Both the position numbers and the translations under genes were made by a program. Shown piece by piece: positions 8,782 through 18,113 of a DNA stretch of 64,000 bases. This stretch comes from Chlamydiales bacterium. GTDB taxonomy: Bacteria > Chlamydiota > Chlamydiia > Chlamydiales > JAAKFR01. Numbering within the stretch: position 1 is the first letter of the stretch; the number at the start of each line of letters is the position of its first letter. Where the stretch lies: the NCBI GenBank assembly GCA_024233495.1, contig JACKPM010000002.1:21377-85376 (forward strand). The letters run 5' to 3'. The notes beneath the pieces are model-generated. The model made no database searches, was not told the origin of the DNA, and worked only from the letters and a program-made list of their open reading frames with translations.

Positions 8782-10054
8782 AAGAGAGCGGCTCAAGATC
8801 TTTTGGATTGTGATCATCGTGTTGTTGATTGCGGGTGGTCTTTTTTGGCTTCTCTTTTGGCGGCATATTGTTTTTACTGATGACGCCTACGTACATGGAA
8901 ACCAAATTGTCGTAACCCCTCTGCATGAAGGATTTGTGACGGGAGTTTACTCCGATGACACCTATTTGGTGGAAGAGGGGCAGATCTTGGTGCAGTTGGA
9001 TGAGACAAATGCTCAACTGAGCTTTGGAAGGGCTTCAGAAGAGCTTGCAAGCGCTACGCGAGAGGTGTGCGCTCTTTATCACCAGCTTTTTGCGTATCAA
9101 TCAGATATTGAGGTGCGCAAGGCGGCGCTTATCTTAGCAAAGCAAGATTGGACGCACCGCATCCATGTGATAGGACAGGGAGGTGTCTCACTTGAGAATT
9201 TGGAGACCGCTGAGGCGACTTTACGAGAAAGTTTCTACTCATTGCGCCGTACGGAGAGTCTCTACCAAAAAGAGCGGGCGCTCTTGCAAGAGACATCGAT
9301 TTTGACGCATCCAAGAGTGACTGCAGCGATGGAAAGGTTCATCGATGCGTGGGTGTATCTCTACCGGTGCCGCATCCGCTCTCCTGTAACGGGGCTTGTA
9401 GCGCAACGCTCGGTGCAAGTGGGAATGTGGCTCCCCGCTGGCCAACCGATGATGAGTGTGATTCCCCTCGATCAGGTTTGGGTAAATGCAAACTACAAAG
9501 AGACGCAGATGAAGCGGATGCGCATCGGCATGGATGTGTTAATTACTTCAGACCTCTATGGGCGAGGCATCCACTACCACGGCAAAATTGTTGGCTTGCC
9601 AGGTGGTGCAGGCAACGCCTTCACCCTTCTTCCCCCGCAAAACTTGTCGGGCAACTGGATCAAGATCGTACAGCGCCTTCCTGTGCGTGTACGCCTTGAG
9701 CCAGACGAGGTGAAGAAATACCCACTCCGTTTGGGCATGACTCTCCACTCCACTGTTGATTTGCGGCAGAAACATGAGGGGGCTCTTGTGCCTGATCGCA
9801 CAGACATCTCTCCTCACTATGTAACCACGATCTATGAGACAGAGGAGATGGGCGCAGGGCAATCAGCTGAAGAGATCGTCTTCAATAACATCGACCCTGT
9901 ACTCGAATTTTTTGCGCAAAATCCTCTGCAAGTGCCGGAGGTGAAGCAAGAGGATGACCTTGACTTATGGATGGAAAATATGATGAAAGCTATTTCTATC
10001 CCCGTGACAACGCCTATTGAAAAAATTCGGAATGTGATTTGGGGGAGGCCATGA
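8756..10054 (+). CDS. HlyD/EmrA-type membrane fusion protein
   Basis: N-terminal TM anchor, a coiled-coil hairpin region and beta-barrel motifs typical of HlyD_D23/EmrA adaptors. The TTG start is uncertain. Confidence 0.75.
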   Translation: MEGGIAITRRERLKIFWIVIIVLLIAGGLFWLLFWRHIVFTDDAYVHGNQIVVTPLHEGFVTGVYSDDTYLVEEGQILVQLDETNAQLSFGRASEELASATREVCALYHQLFAYQSDIEVRKAALILAKQDWTHRIHVIGQGGVSLENLETAEATLRESFYSLRRTESLYQKERALLQETSILTHPRVTAAMERFIDAWVYLYRCRIRSPVTGLVAQRSVQVGMWLPAGQPMMSVIPLDQVWVNANYKETQMKRMRIGMDVLITSDLYGRGIHYHGKIVGLPGGAGNAFTLLPPQNLSGNWIKIVQRLPVRVRLEPDEVKKYPLRLGMTLHSTVDLRQKHEGALVPDRTDISPHYVTTIYETEEMGAGQSAEEIVFNNIDPVLEFFAQNPLQVPEVKQEDDLDLWMENMMKAISIPVTTPIEKIRNVIWGRP

Positions 10055-11526
10055 GCTTTGACAAGCTTCGCCTCTTTGCCGCCGCAATGAGCATGAACTT
10101 CATGGTGACGTTCATCTTCTATGAGGTGCTTATGTCAGCTCTTTTTATCGTCCCAGACTATGGCGGCAGCTATAATACAGTTATTTATCCCATGTGCTTC
10201 TATGCGATGGGAAATGTGATGGCGATTCCACTTGGCAATAAGTTTCCTCCAAAGAAGATTTTGCTGACGAGTGCGTGTGCACTTGTTGCCAGCACACTCC
10301 TTCTTTTCAGCGCCACAAACTATCAGTTTTTCAACGCTTTTCGCGTTGTACAAGGATTCTGCACCGGGGCGCTTTTTGTAGCAGTCCCTAACTTGCTTTC
10401 GGAGTTTCTCGAACACTTTGAGAGGCGCATCTATATTCGGAACTTTACCGTCACCTATTTGCTAGCTACGACAGCGGGAGGCACTGTAGGTGGCGCAATT
10501 GCATATGGATATCGGTGGTGGTGGATGGTTTTTTTCGATCTTCTATTCCTCATCCCTGTCTGCTTCTGGTTCCTGTGGGAGATGCGGCACCACGAAGCAA
10601 AATTCCCCGTCAAAAAGCTCGATTATTTGGGCTACTTTCTCTACTGCATCAATGTGAGCATTATCATCACCTTTCTTACCATGGGGCAAGAGCTTGACTG
10701 GTTTCGCTCCCACTTTCTCGACACCATTTTCTATCTCTTCCTCATCACGTTCCCCTACTTTATTCTGCATGAATGGGGCCATCCCCATCCCATTCTCAAT
10801 TTCTCTCTCTTCAAGCGGAAGTCTTTTGGCTATGCAGTGCTACTTACAGCCTTTCTCTTCTCTTCTTATAACGCTGCGATCTCTCTACTATCCCTTTGGT
10901 TGCATGTCTATATCAACTATTCTGCAGACTATGTAATGGTACTTTGGGGAATAGCGCTTGTCACATCCATCATGGTGAGTTTCTTTATCTGCAAAAAAGA
11001 GAGGCAACACCGCATCTCTTTTTTATGGATCGCCATTATTCTCCTAGTAGGAGGCTGTTTTTTTGCGATGAATTTCAGTGCGCACGTCAACTTTGCCCGC
11101 ATTGCAATTGCCCATGTGATTTTTGGTTTTGCACTCCCCCTCTTCATTCCCCCCTTAATGCACCGCATGCTTGACTTTGTAGACCGTGAAGAGATTTTGG
11201 ATGGTATTGCTATTTTCCAACTCTCTCGCATTTTTTTTACAGGACTTGGACTCGCTGTTTACACTGCCGTATGGCAAAGACGCGGCTATTTCTATCACAG
11301 CCGCCTCGGAGGAGAGCTCACTTCCTTTTCGATCAAAACGCGAGAGTTTTTACACCAGCTCAAACTCTTCTACCTCTCAACAGGGCAGCAAAACGCCGAG
11401 ATGGCAGTCGCACTCGATGAGCAGTCAAAAGCGCTTGCAATTAACGATACATTTTTTCTCATTGGGGTGGTCATGCTCTTTGTGATGCTAAGCATTCCCT
11501 TTTATAACAGATGGAGAACAACATGA
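10051..11526 (+). CDS. MFS transporter (EmrB/DHA2-like, many TMS)
   Basis: Highly hydrophobic ~490 aa protein. The ATG overlaps the MFP stop (ATGA) and is preceded by GGGGGAGG. Its position after OMF and MFP fits an EmrAB-TolC-type pump. Confidence 0.65.
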   Translation: MSFDKLRLFAAAMSMNFMVTFIFYEVLMSALFIVPDYGGSYNTVIYPMCFYAMGNVMAIPLGNKFPPKKILLTSACALVASTLLLFSATNYQFFNAFRVVQGFCTGALFVAVPNLLSEFLEHFERRIYIRNFTVTYLLATTAGGTVGGAIAYGYRWWWMVFFDLLFLIPVCFWFLWEMRHHEAKFPVKKLDYLGYFLYCINVSIIITFLTMGQELDWFRSHFLDTIFYLFLITFPYFILHEWGHPHPILNFSLFKRKSFGYAVLLTAFLFSSYNAAISLLSLWLHVYINYSADYVMVLWGIALVTSIMVSFFICKKERQHRISFLWIAIILLVGGCFFAMNFSAHVNFARIAIAHVIFGFALPLFIPPLMHRMLDFVDREEILDGIAIFQLSRIFFTGLGLAVYTAVWQRRGYFYHSRLGGELTSFSIKTREFLHQLKLFYLSTGQQNAEMAVALDEQSKALAINDTFFLIGVVMLFVMLSIPFYNRWRTT

Positions 11527-11990
11527 AATACATATTAACCCTTCTTTTTTCGGTGTCGCTATATGCGGGCGAATCAATGTTTTTAGTGCACGCAAAAGAG
11601 GGAGCTTTTACCTATGACCGAGAGACCGAAACTGGCACACTCGAGCTCAACGATGTCAATGAGTATGCAGGGGTTTTCACTACAATCTCCCAAAGGCGGG
11701 TAGGAATGATCCCTGTCAAAGAACTCATTTCTGAGCTAGAAGAAAAGCCCTATGCAATGATCTCGTTCACTGCAGCTGATGGCTACCACTCTATCCCTCT
11801 CCAAATCGAAAAAGCATCGGATCAAAATGGAAAGCTTTTTTTTCACGTCAAAGTGCTCCACACTTTAGGTGTCTTTACCACTCCCCACATGGGAGAATCC
11901 CTTCTCTATATCGACACAGCCGAGATTGACAAAGGATGCTTTTTCCCTGGAGCTGGATATGAAACACCCGCTTGTCGCCACAAATTCTGA
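11523..11990 (+). CDS. secreted hypothetical protein, fourth gene of the efflux operon
   Basis: The ATG overlaps the MFS stop (ATGA). Signal-peptide-like MKYILTLLFSVSLYAG. No known motif. Confidence 0.45.
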   Translation: MKYILTLLFSVSLYAGESMFLVHAKEGAFTYDRETETGTLELNDVNEYAGVFTTISQRRVGMIPVKELISELEEKPYAMISFTAADGYHSIPLQIEKASDQNGKLFFHVKVLHTLGVFTTPHMGESLLYIDTAEIDKGCFFPGAGYETPACRHKF

Positions 11991-12013
11991 TATTTGCTAT
12001 AGTCCTTGCCTCT

Positions 12014-14716
12014 ATGGACAAAGCGTACGACCCTAAGAAGACAGAGCAGAAGTGGGCAAGCTTCTGGGATGAAAAGAAATTATTTCAAGCAGATGCTACC
12101 TCGAGCAAGCCTCCCTTTTGCATCGTGATGCCCCCTCCAAATGTGACGGGAGTTTTGCACATGGGGCACGCGCTTGTCTCTACTTTACAGGACATTCTCA
12201 CTCGTTGGAAGCGCATGAGTGGCTTCGAAGCGCTCTGGCTGCCAGGCACTGACCATGCTGGCATCGCTACGCAAACCGTTGTGGAGCGCAATCTTCTCAA
12301 AGAGGGAAAGCGCAGAAGCGACTTTACAAGGGAAGAGTTCCTAGAAAAGGTATGGGCGTGGAAAGAGAAGAGTGAAAGCGTCATTTTGTCGCAGCTGAGA
12401 CAAATGGGGTGTTCGTGCGACTGGTCTCGGCTCCGCTTCACCATGGATGAAGGCTGCAGCAAAGCAGTCTATCAAGAGTTCAAGCGCCTTTTCGACAAAG
12501 GGCTTATCTACCGTGGTGATTACCTCGTCAATTGGGATCCAGTCACGATGACTGCTCTTGCTGATGACGAAGTGGAGTATGAGGAGCGCGACTCTTATTT
12601 GTGGTACATGAAATACCACCTCGCCGACATGAGCGGCTTTGTGCACTTTGCCACCACCCGCCCTGAAACCATGCTTGGAGACACAGCCATTGCCGTCTCA
12701 CCTAAAGACAAGAGGTATGCTCACCTTGTTGGGAAAAAAGTGCGCCTTCCTTTCGACAATCGAGAGATCCCTATCATTGCTGACCGGCACGTAGATCCAG
12801 AGTTTGGAACAGGTGTAGTAAAGATCACCCCTGCGCACGACCCTAACGACTACAGAATGGGAATCGACCACGATCTTCCCATGATCAATATTTTAACTCC
12901 CGATGGGCGCATCAATGAAAATGGGGGGCAGTTTGAAGGGATGAGCCGCGAAGAGGCGCGCAATGCCATCGTCGAGCACATGAAAAAGGTAGGCCTTCTC
13001 GAAAAAGTGGAGCGACACACAAACCGTGTTGGTGTCTCCTATAGAAGTAAAGCTGTGATCGAACCTCTTCTTTCTAAGCAGTGGTTCGTGAAAATGGAGC
13101 CTTTTAAAGAGAAGCTTCTCAACACAAAAGTTAAAATTCTTCCCCCCTCGTGGGAACGCACTTACAATCACTGGATCGAAAACTTGCGCGACTGGTGCAT
13201 CAGCAGGCAGCTCTGGTGGGGACACCGCATTCCTGTTTGGTATAAGGATGATGAGATGGTGTGCTCAGACACCTCCCCAGGCGAAGGGTGGGAGCAAGAT
13301 CCTGACGTGCTCGACACATGGTTTAGCTCCGCGCTCTGGCCGTTTAGTACCCTTGGCTGGCCTGATAACTCTGCAGACCTCGCGAAATTCTATCCCAACT
13401 CTGTCCTCATTACTGGTCACGATATTCTTTTCTTCTGGGTCGCGCGCATGATTATGATGGGAGAGGAAACACTGGGAGAGGCACCTTTTGCTGAAACCTT
13501 TTTGCACGGCCTTATCTATGGAAAATCGTACTGGCGTGACAATCCAGAGGGGGGCATTACCTACGTTACTGGAGAAGAGAAAAAAGAGTACGACAAAGGG
13601 AAGCCGCTTGCAAAAGACGTCAAATCGAAATGGGAAAAACTCTCAAAGTCAAAGGGAAATGTTATTGATCCTCTCGAGATGATTGCTGAATATGGCACTG
13701 ATGCTGTGCGCATGAGTCTATGTTCGTGCGCTAACCAATCGCCCCAAATCGACCTCGACAGAAGGCGCTTTGAAGAGTTTAAAAACTTTGCTAACAAAGT
13801 TTGGAATGGCGCTCGCTTCGTTTTCATGCACCTCGAAGATCTTGAAATTGATAGAGGCATCGATTATGACGCACTCAAACTTGAAGATCACTGGATTCTT
13901 TCAGCCATCAACCGCATTAACAAACAAGTAAACGAGAGCTTGGCCAATTACCAATTTGACCAAGCCGCAACAGCCTCTTACGACTTTTTCTGGAAAGAGT
14001 TTTGCGCTTCCTACGTAGAGATTTGCAAACCCACTCTTTTCAAAGGGGATAAGAAAAACAAACAAAAGATCTTGCTTGTTATTCTCTGTAATATGCTCCG
14101 TCTTCTACATCCTATGGCCCCTTTCATCACAGAGGAGCTCTTCCAAAACCTCAAACGGTTTGCTGGTACGTGCGATGACCCCTACCTTGGCCCGGCGCTT
14201 GAAGCGCTCAAAGCAGAGTCGTGCGCCATTGCTCCCTACCCCACTGTGATCAATGAAAGCGATATCCACCCCGAAATTGAAGAGCAATTTGCTCTTATGG
14301 AAGAGGTTGTCTACACTGTCCGTAACATCCGTGGTGAAATGAAAATTCCCCCACAAATTGCAATAGACATCTATATTGTAGGAGATATAGAAACCTCTAT
14401 CCTTTCTGCTCTTGTCAAAACAAACAAGGTAGAAATTGTCTCAGAGGCTCCAGACTTCTCTTTTGCCGCTACAGGGGCTGTAGGGGATCTCAAAATCATT
14501 ATCCCTCTACCTCAAGAGCTCGCAACTTTAGAAAAAGAGCGACTTTGCAAGGAGAAGGATAAAGTGCAAAAAGCTTTAGATCAGCTGCGTGCTCTTTTGA
14601 ACAACCAGGGCTTTCTTGAACGTGCTCAACCAGAACTTGTAGAAGAAAAAAAACAAGCTCTCTCTCAGTTAGAGAGAGAGCTTGTTACAATAGAGTCAAA
14701 GCTCCGCCTATCTTAA
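12014..14716 (+). CDS. valS: valine--tRNA ligase
   Basis: Class I motifs PPPNVTGVLHMGHAL (HIGH) and KLSKSKGN (KMSKS), and a C-terminal coiled coil. The start is trimmed to MDKAYDPKK. Confidence 0.95.
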   Translation: MDKAYDPKKTEQKWASFWDEKKLFQADATSSKPPFCIVMPPPNVTGVLHMGHALVSTLQDILTRWKRMSGFEALWLPGTDHAGIATQTVVERNLLKEGKRRSDFTREEFLEKVWAWKEKSESVILSQLRQMGCSCDWSRLRFTMDEGCSKAVYQEFKRLFDKGLIYRGDYLVNWDPVTMTALADDEVEYEERDSYLWYMKYHLADMSGFVHFATTRPETMLGDTAIAVSPKDKRYAHLVGKKVRLPFDNREIPIIADRHVDPEFGTGVVKITPAHDPNDYRMGIDHDLPMINILTPDGRINENGGQFEGMSREEARNAIVEHMKKVGLLEKVERHTNRVGVSYRSKAVIEPLLSKQWFVKMEPFKEKLLNTKVKILPPSWERTYNHWIENLRDWCISRQLWWGHRIPVWYKDDEMVCSDTSPGEGWEQDPDVLDTWFSSALWPFSTLGWPDNSADLAKFYPNSVLITGHDILFFWVARMIMMGEETLGEAPFAETFLHGLIYGKSYWRDNPEGGITYVTGEEKKEYDKGKPLAKDVKSKWEKLSKSKGNVIDPLEMIAEYGTDAVRMSLCSCANQSPQIDLDRRRFEEFKNFANKVWNGARFVFMHLEDLEIDRGIDYDALKLEDHWILSAINRINKQVNESLANYQFDQAATASYDFFWKEFCASYVEICKPTLFKGDKKNKQKILLVILCNMLRLLHPMAPFITEELFQNLKRFAGTCDDPYLGPALEALKAESCAIAPYPTVINESDIHPEIEEQFALMEEVVYTVRNIRGEMKIPPQIAIDIYIVGDIETSILSALVKTNKVEIVSEAPDFSFAATGAVGDLKIIIPLPQELATLEKERLCKEKDKVQKALDQLRALLNNQGFLERAQPELVEEKKQALSQLERELVTIESKLRLS

Positions 14717-14721
14717 ACCAA

Positions 14722-15567
14722 TTAGTATTGAATTTGGCCAGATAGGAAGGCTGCCTTTTCGCCTGCCCATCTTCCTTCAGCTGTAATGGTAGCAAGACCT
14801 GCATTTAACCATGTGACGCCGAAAGCCCATCCATACTGACGATTCTTCTCAATGTCGAAAAGCTGAACATTTACGTTAGAAAATCCAGAAATTAGTGCTG
14901 TTGCATTTCCAAAAGTCATCTTAGAGTCAGTCCAGAAGCCGCCCCAGTAAGGATTAAGCGAGTAGCACTCAGTAATAGGAATCATCCAATTTACTCCAAG
15001 TCCTACTTGCCAAGCTCGGTAGTTCACATCTTGGCCATTAAAATAGATTGGCTCAGCGCGCGCATAGCCAATTAAAGAGTTCAGACTAGGACTCGCTGAG
15101 AAATATTGACCTTCTATACCAAGTCCAAATGCTCCGCAATCCCAGATAGCCCATCGGCCACCTACGCTCCAAGAAGTACCTGCGTCGGTAGTTATCTCTA
15201 GTAGGTTGTTTTGATCTGTACCACTTGTCGCAAGTGATCGTGTTCCTAGAAGCACATCAATATTTGTCGCACCAACAGTTGCAAAAACATCAAAATTGCA
15301 GAAGTTGACAGTCACTTCACCTGCATTTGTCATCACAGATGTTTTGCGAACATTACCAGAGTTTCCTGGACGTTTCACTTTCATGTGTGTGTTGTAGACG
15401 TAATCGCCATAAAAGCCAAGACGCACGTCGAAAAGCCCGAAAAAGGCTGCTCCGCATGAATCTTCACAAATTAAACCGTCGGAAAACATTGTCGACAGCA
15501 TTGGGTTTTGTAGTGGCAGCGCGCTTAAAGGTGCTGCTGCTAAAAGGAGTAGTAGTAACCGTTTCAT
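14722..15567 (-). CDS. MOMP-like beta-barrel outer membrane protein, paralog 1
   Basis: Signal peptide MKRLLLLLLAAAPLSA. Alternating beta-strand pattern, several Cys and a C-terminal aromatic residue (..GQIQY). Paralogous to the adjacent gene. Confidence 0.6.
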   Translation of the reverse strand: MKRLLLLLLAAAPLSALPLQNPMLSTMFSDGLICEDSCGAAFFGLFDVRLGFYGDYVYNTHMKVKRPGNSGNVRKTSVMTNAGEVTVNFCNFDVFATVGATNIDVLLGTRSLATSGTDQNNLLEITTDAGTSWSVGGRWAIWDCGAFGLGIEGQYFSASPSLNSLIGYARAEPIYFNGQDVNYRAWQVGLGVNWMIPITECYSLNPYWGGFWTDSKMTFGNATALISGFSNVNVQLFDIEKNRQYGWAFGVTWLNAGLATITAEGRWAGEKAAFLSGQIQY

Positions 15568-16430
15568 TAAAGCCTCATTTGTACTGATAGAAATAGCGCC
15601 TTTTCGTACGCAAAACGCCCCTCTGCGGTGATAAGCACGCGCTCACCTCCTAACAAAGTAGCACCTAATGCATAGCCGAAAGGACGCTCTTTTTTCAAGT
15701 TAAAAAGTTCTGCTGTGACGTTTTGTCCAGATAAAAGCACTTGTCTGTTTCCCATATCGATGTTTGTACCTGCCCATGCGAGCGCACCGTAGGGCAAAAA
15801 GCTAAAGCAGCCGTTGATGATCACTTCATACGTTACTCCCAAACCCACTTGCCACGATTGGTAGTGCAGCTCTTGGTCGTTGATGTAGGTAGAGATTGAG
15901 TTGAAGTGATCGCGCACACAGTTAATTTCTGGGTTGGTTGCAAAGTACTGTCCTTCAACCCCAAAACCTAATCGACCGCATTGAAATAGAGTACCACGAC
16001 CGCCTATGCTCCAGGCAAAATCGCTCGTTGTCTCAATGGACAAAAGCGAGTTGACAGGGGCACCTCCAACAGAAAAGTTGCTAATTGGCGCGCTCACTTT
16101 TGCATCTGCTACGCCTAATACTGCAAAGACCTCAAAGCGATTCCATAGGTTGAAATCGATTTCACCAGCATTTGTATAGAGTTGAGTGCGTTGAATGGAT
16201 CCCTTACGTCCCGACTGGTCCACTTGGGTGTAGTTATTGAAGATAAAATCTCCATAGTATCCCAGCCGCACGCTGAAGACATCGCAACGCACAATGGGCG
16301 TGGCGCATCTGCTCGAAGAGAAAAAGACGCCATCACATGCGAGTGTTGCAATTTCAGGATTATTTACGGGCAGGGCAAATGCAGCGAACGGCGCTGCGAG
16401 TAGAATTGAAAGAAAATAAAGTTTTTTCAT
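15567..16430 (-). CDS. MOMP-like beta-barrel outer membrane protein, paralog 2
   Basis: Signal peptide MKKLYFLSILLAAPFAAFA. It shares blocks with paralog 1 (VRLG(F/Y)YGD, WS(V/I)GGR, GxEGQYF, YxxWQVGLGV, ITAEGR(W/F)A). Its stop overlaps the paralog 1 start by 1 nt (TAATG). Confidence 0.6.
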   Translation of the reverse strand: MKKLYFLSILLAAPFAAFALPVNNPEIATLACDGVFFSSSRCATPIVRCDVFSVRLGYYGDFIFNNYTQVDQSGRKGSIQRTQLYTNAGEIDFNLWNRFEVFAVLGVADAKVSAPISNFSVGGAPVNSLLSIETTSDFAWSIGGRGTLFQCGRLGFGVEGQYFATNPEINCVRDHFNSISTYINDQELHYQSWQVGLGVTYEVIINGCFSFLPYGALAWAGTNIDMGNRQVLLSGQNVTAELFNLKKERPFGYALGATLLGGERVLITAEGRFAYEKALFLSVQMRL

Positions 16431-16605
16431 CGGTCACCTCCGATGAAGAACCAAATTACTCTTCTCCCCTTTTTTCTCGCAACCCCTTTTCTTTCATTGC
16501 AGCGCTCCATGCTAATTGCAAATCACTTAAAGCTGAGATTTTATTTGTGCACGCGCTCTTTTACGACGTAGCAGAGCTAACAAAAAAGCTGATGGATAAA
16601 GCTAG

Positions 16606-17985
16606 CTAGGCAGCGTCGGGAAGCTTGAGACCTTTCTCTCGACCCACTTGGAGAAAGAAATGGTCGCTCTCCTTGACAGCTACAGATGAGAGCGCTACCA
16701 GCGCAATCAGGTTAGGCAAGGCCATGAAGGCGTTGGCTATGTCTGCCAAAGGCCACACAATGTCAATTGGGATCAATACGCCTAAAAAGACACAAATCGT
16801 AAAGATAAAACGGTACCACGGTGTCGAACGCCTTCCGAGTAAGTACTCAGAACACTTCTCTCCATAGTACGCCCAACCCACTATCGTCGAATACCCAAAG
16901 AAAATGCAACAAAGCACCACAATATAGCCGCCAAATGGAATTCCATGATCAAACGCAAGCGCTGTCAAACGAGAACCAGTTAAGATCTTGCCATTATCCC
17001 CGATATAACCAAGCACTTTGGTTACCGCGATCGCAAGCCCCGTGAACGTACACACAATTGTTGATATAAAGGCTCCTGTCATTGAGACAAGCGCCTGCCT
17101 TCCAGGATAGTCTGTCTTAGCCGCTGCTGCTGCAATAGGCGCACTCCCAAGACCCGATTCGTTCGAAAAGACACCACGCGCAACCCCCATCTGCACTGCC
17201 ATCATCACAGTAGAACCAACAAAGCCACCCATTGCAGCTTGCCCCGTAAATGCTGAGCGAAGAATCGACATAAGCGCTTCAGGCACAACTCCAATATTAA
17301 ATGCCAAAATCCCCATACTCCCCAGCACATAGAAAAGCGCCATAAAGGGCACAAGAAGCGATGTCACCCCTCCAATTGAACGAATCCCCCCAATTAAAAC
17401 AGCTCCCGTCACTGCAGCTAGAATAATGCCCGTCACCCACGGATCAACGTGGAAATATGTCGTTACTACTTCAGAGATCGAATTCGACTGTACAATATTT
17501 CCTGTTGTGATCGTTGCTATTGCTCCAAATAGAGCAAAGAAGCCAGCAAGCCACTTCCAGTTAAGGCCTCGCCGGATATAGAACATGGGGCCACCCGCCA
17601 TATTCCCCTTCTCATCTTGCACACGGTACTTTACCGCTAAGAGCGCTTCGACATACTTAGTCGACATCCCAATCATAGTGGTTACCCAAAGCCAAAAGAG
17701 CGAGCCAAGCCCACCCATCGTAACCGCCGTCGCAATCCCCGCAATATTGCCAATCCCAATCGTAGCAGCTAATGCAGTCATTAAAGCTTGAAAGTGAGAA
17801 ATATCCCCCACTGCTGTATGATCGTGCCGGCTAAACGCTAGCTTTAAAGCGTAAGGGAGCTTTCGAAACTGTAGAAAACGGAGCCTTACCGTGAGAAATG
17901 CCCCCACTCCAAGGAGAATCACAAAGAGCGGCTGCCATAGCAAATTATCAATTTTTTGAAACCAGTGAGTGCAGATGTCCATCAT
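16606..17985 (-). CDS. alanine/glycine:cation symporter (AGCS family)
   Basis: 459 aa polytopic protein whose N-terminus and overall pattern are typical of the sodium:alanine symporter family. Confidence 0.8.
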   Translation of the reverse strand: MMDICTHWFQKIDNLLWQPLFVILLGVGAFLTVRLRFLQFRKLPYALKLAFSRHDHTAVGDISHFQALMTALAATIGIGNIAGIATAVTMGGLGSLFWLWVTTMIGMSTKYVEALLAVKYRVQDEKGNMAGGPMFYIRRGLNWKWLAGFFALFGAIATITTGNIVQSNSISEVVTTYFHVDPWVTGIILAAVTGAVLIGGIRSIGGVTSLLVPFMALFYVLGSMGILAFNIGVVPEALMSILRSAFTGQAAMGGFVGSTVMMAVQMGVARGVFSNESGLGSAPIAAAAAKTDYPGRQALVSMTGAFISTIVCTFTGLAIAVTKVLGYIGDNGKILTGSRLTALAFDHGIPFGGYIVVLCCIFFGYSTIVGWAYYGEKCSEYLLGRRSTPWYRFIFTICVFLGVLIPIDIVWPLADIANAFMALPNLIALVALSSVAVKESDHFFLQVGREKGLKLPDAA

Positions 17986-18113
17986 AGAGGGAGGATTTTA
18001 CCCTTTTTTGAATATCAATGTCAAGATAACTCTTTAATTAACTTCTTGACGAACCTTAATACTTCTTTAATAAAATAACTGTATAATAACTTCATATTTA
18101 AAAAGGTTTAATT

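Noticed and set aside
11972-12013. N-terminal extensions of the longest ORFs (valS 11972, Nudix 2970, rplJ 54784, infA 58560, tyrP 63128, DUF2760-like 61905, lipoprotein 30970, antitoxin 41438, tal 44044)
   Set aside because: The extensions overlap upstream genes or terminators and lack homology to the family N-termini. Internal starts match the conserved N-termini and, in several cases, have SD-like sequences or ATGA coupling.
18046-18087. Sigma-70-like promoter for the giant gene (TTGACG at 18046 and TATAAT at 18082)
   Set aside because: The two good hexamers are 30 nt apart, which is not a functional spacing. Each has only a weak partner at 16-18 nt. They cannot be supported as a promoter without transcription start data.
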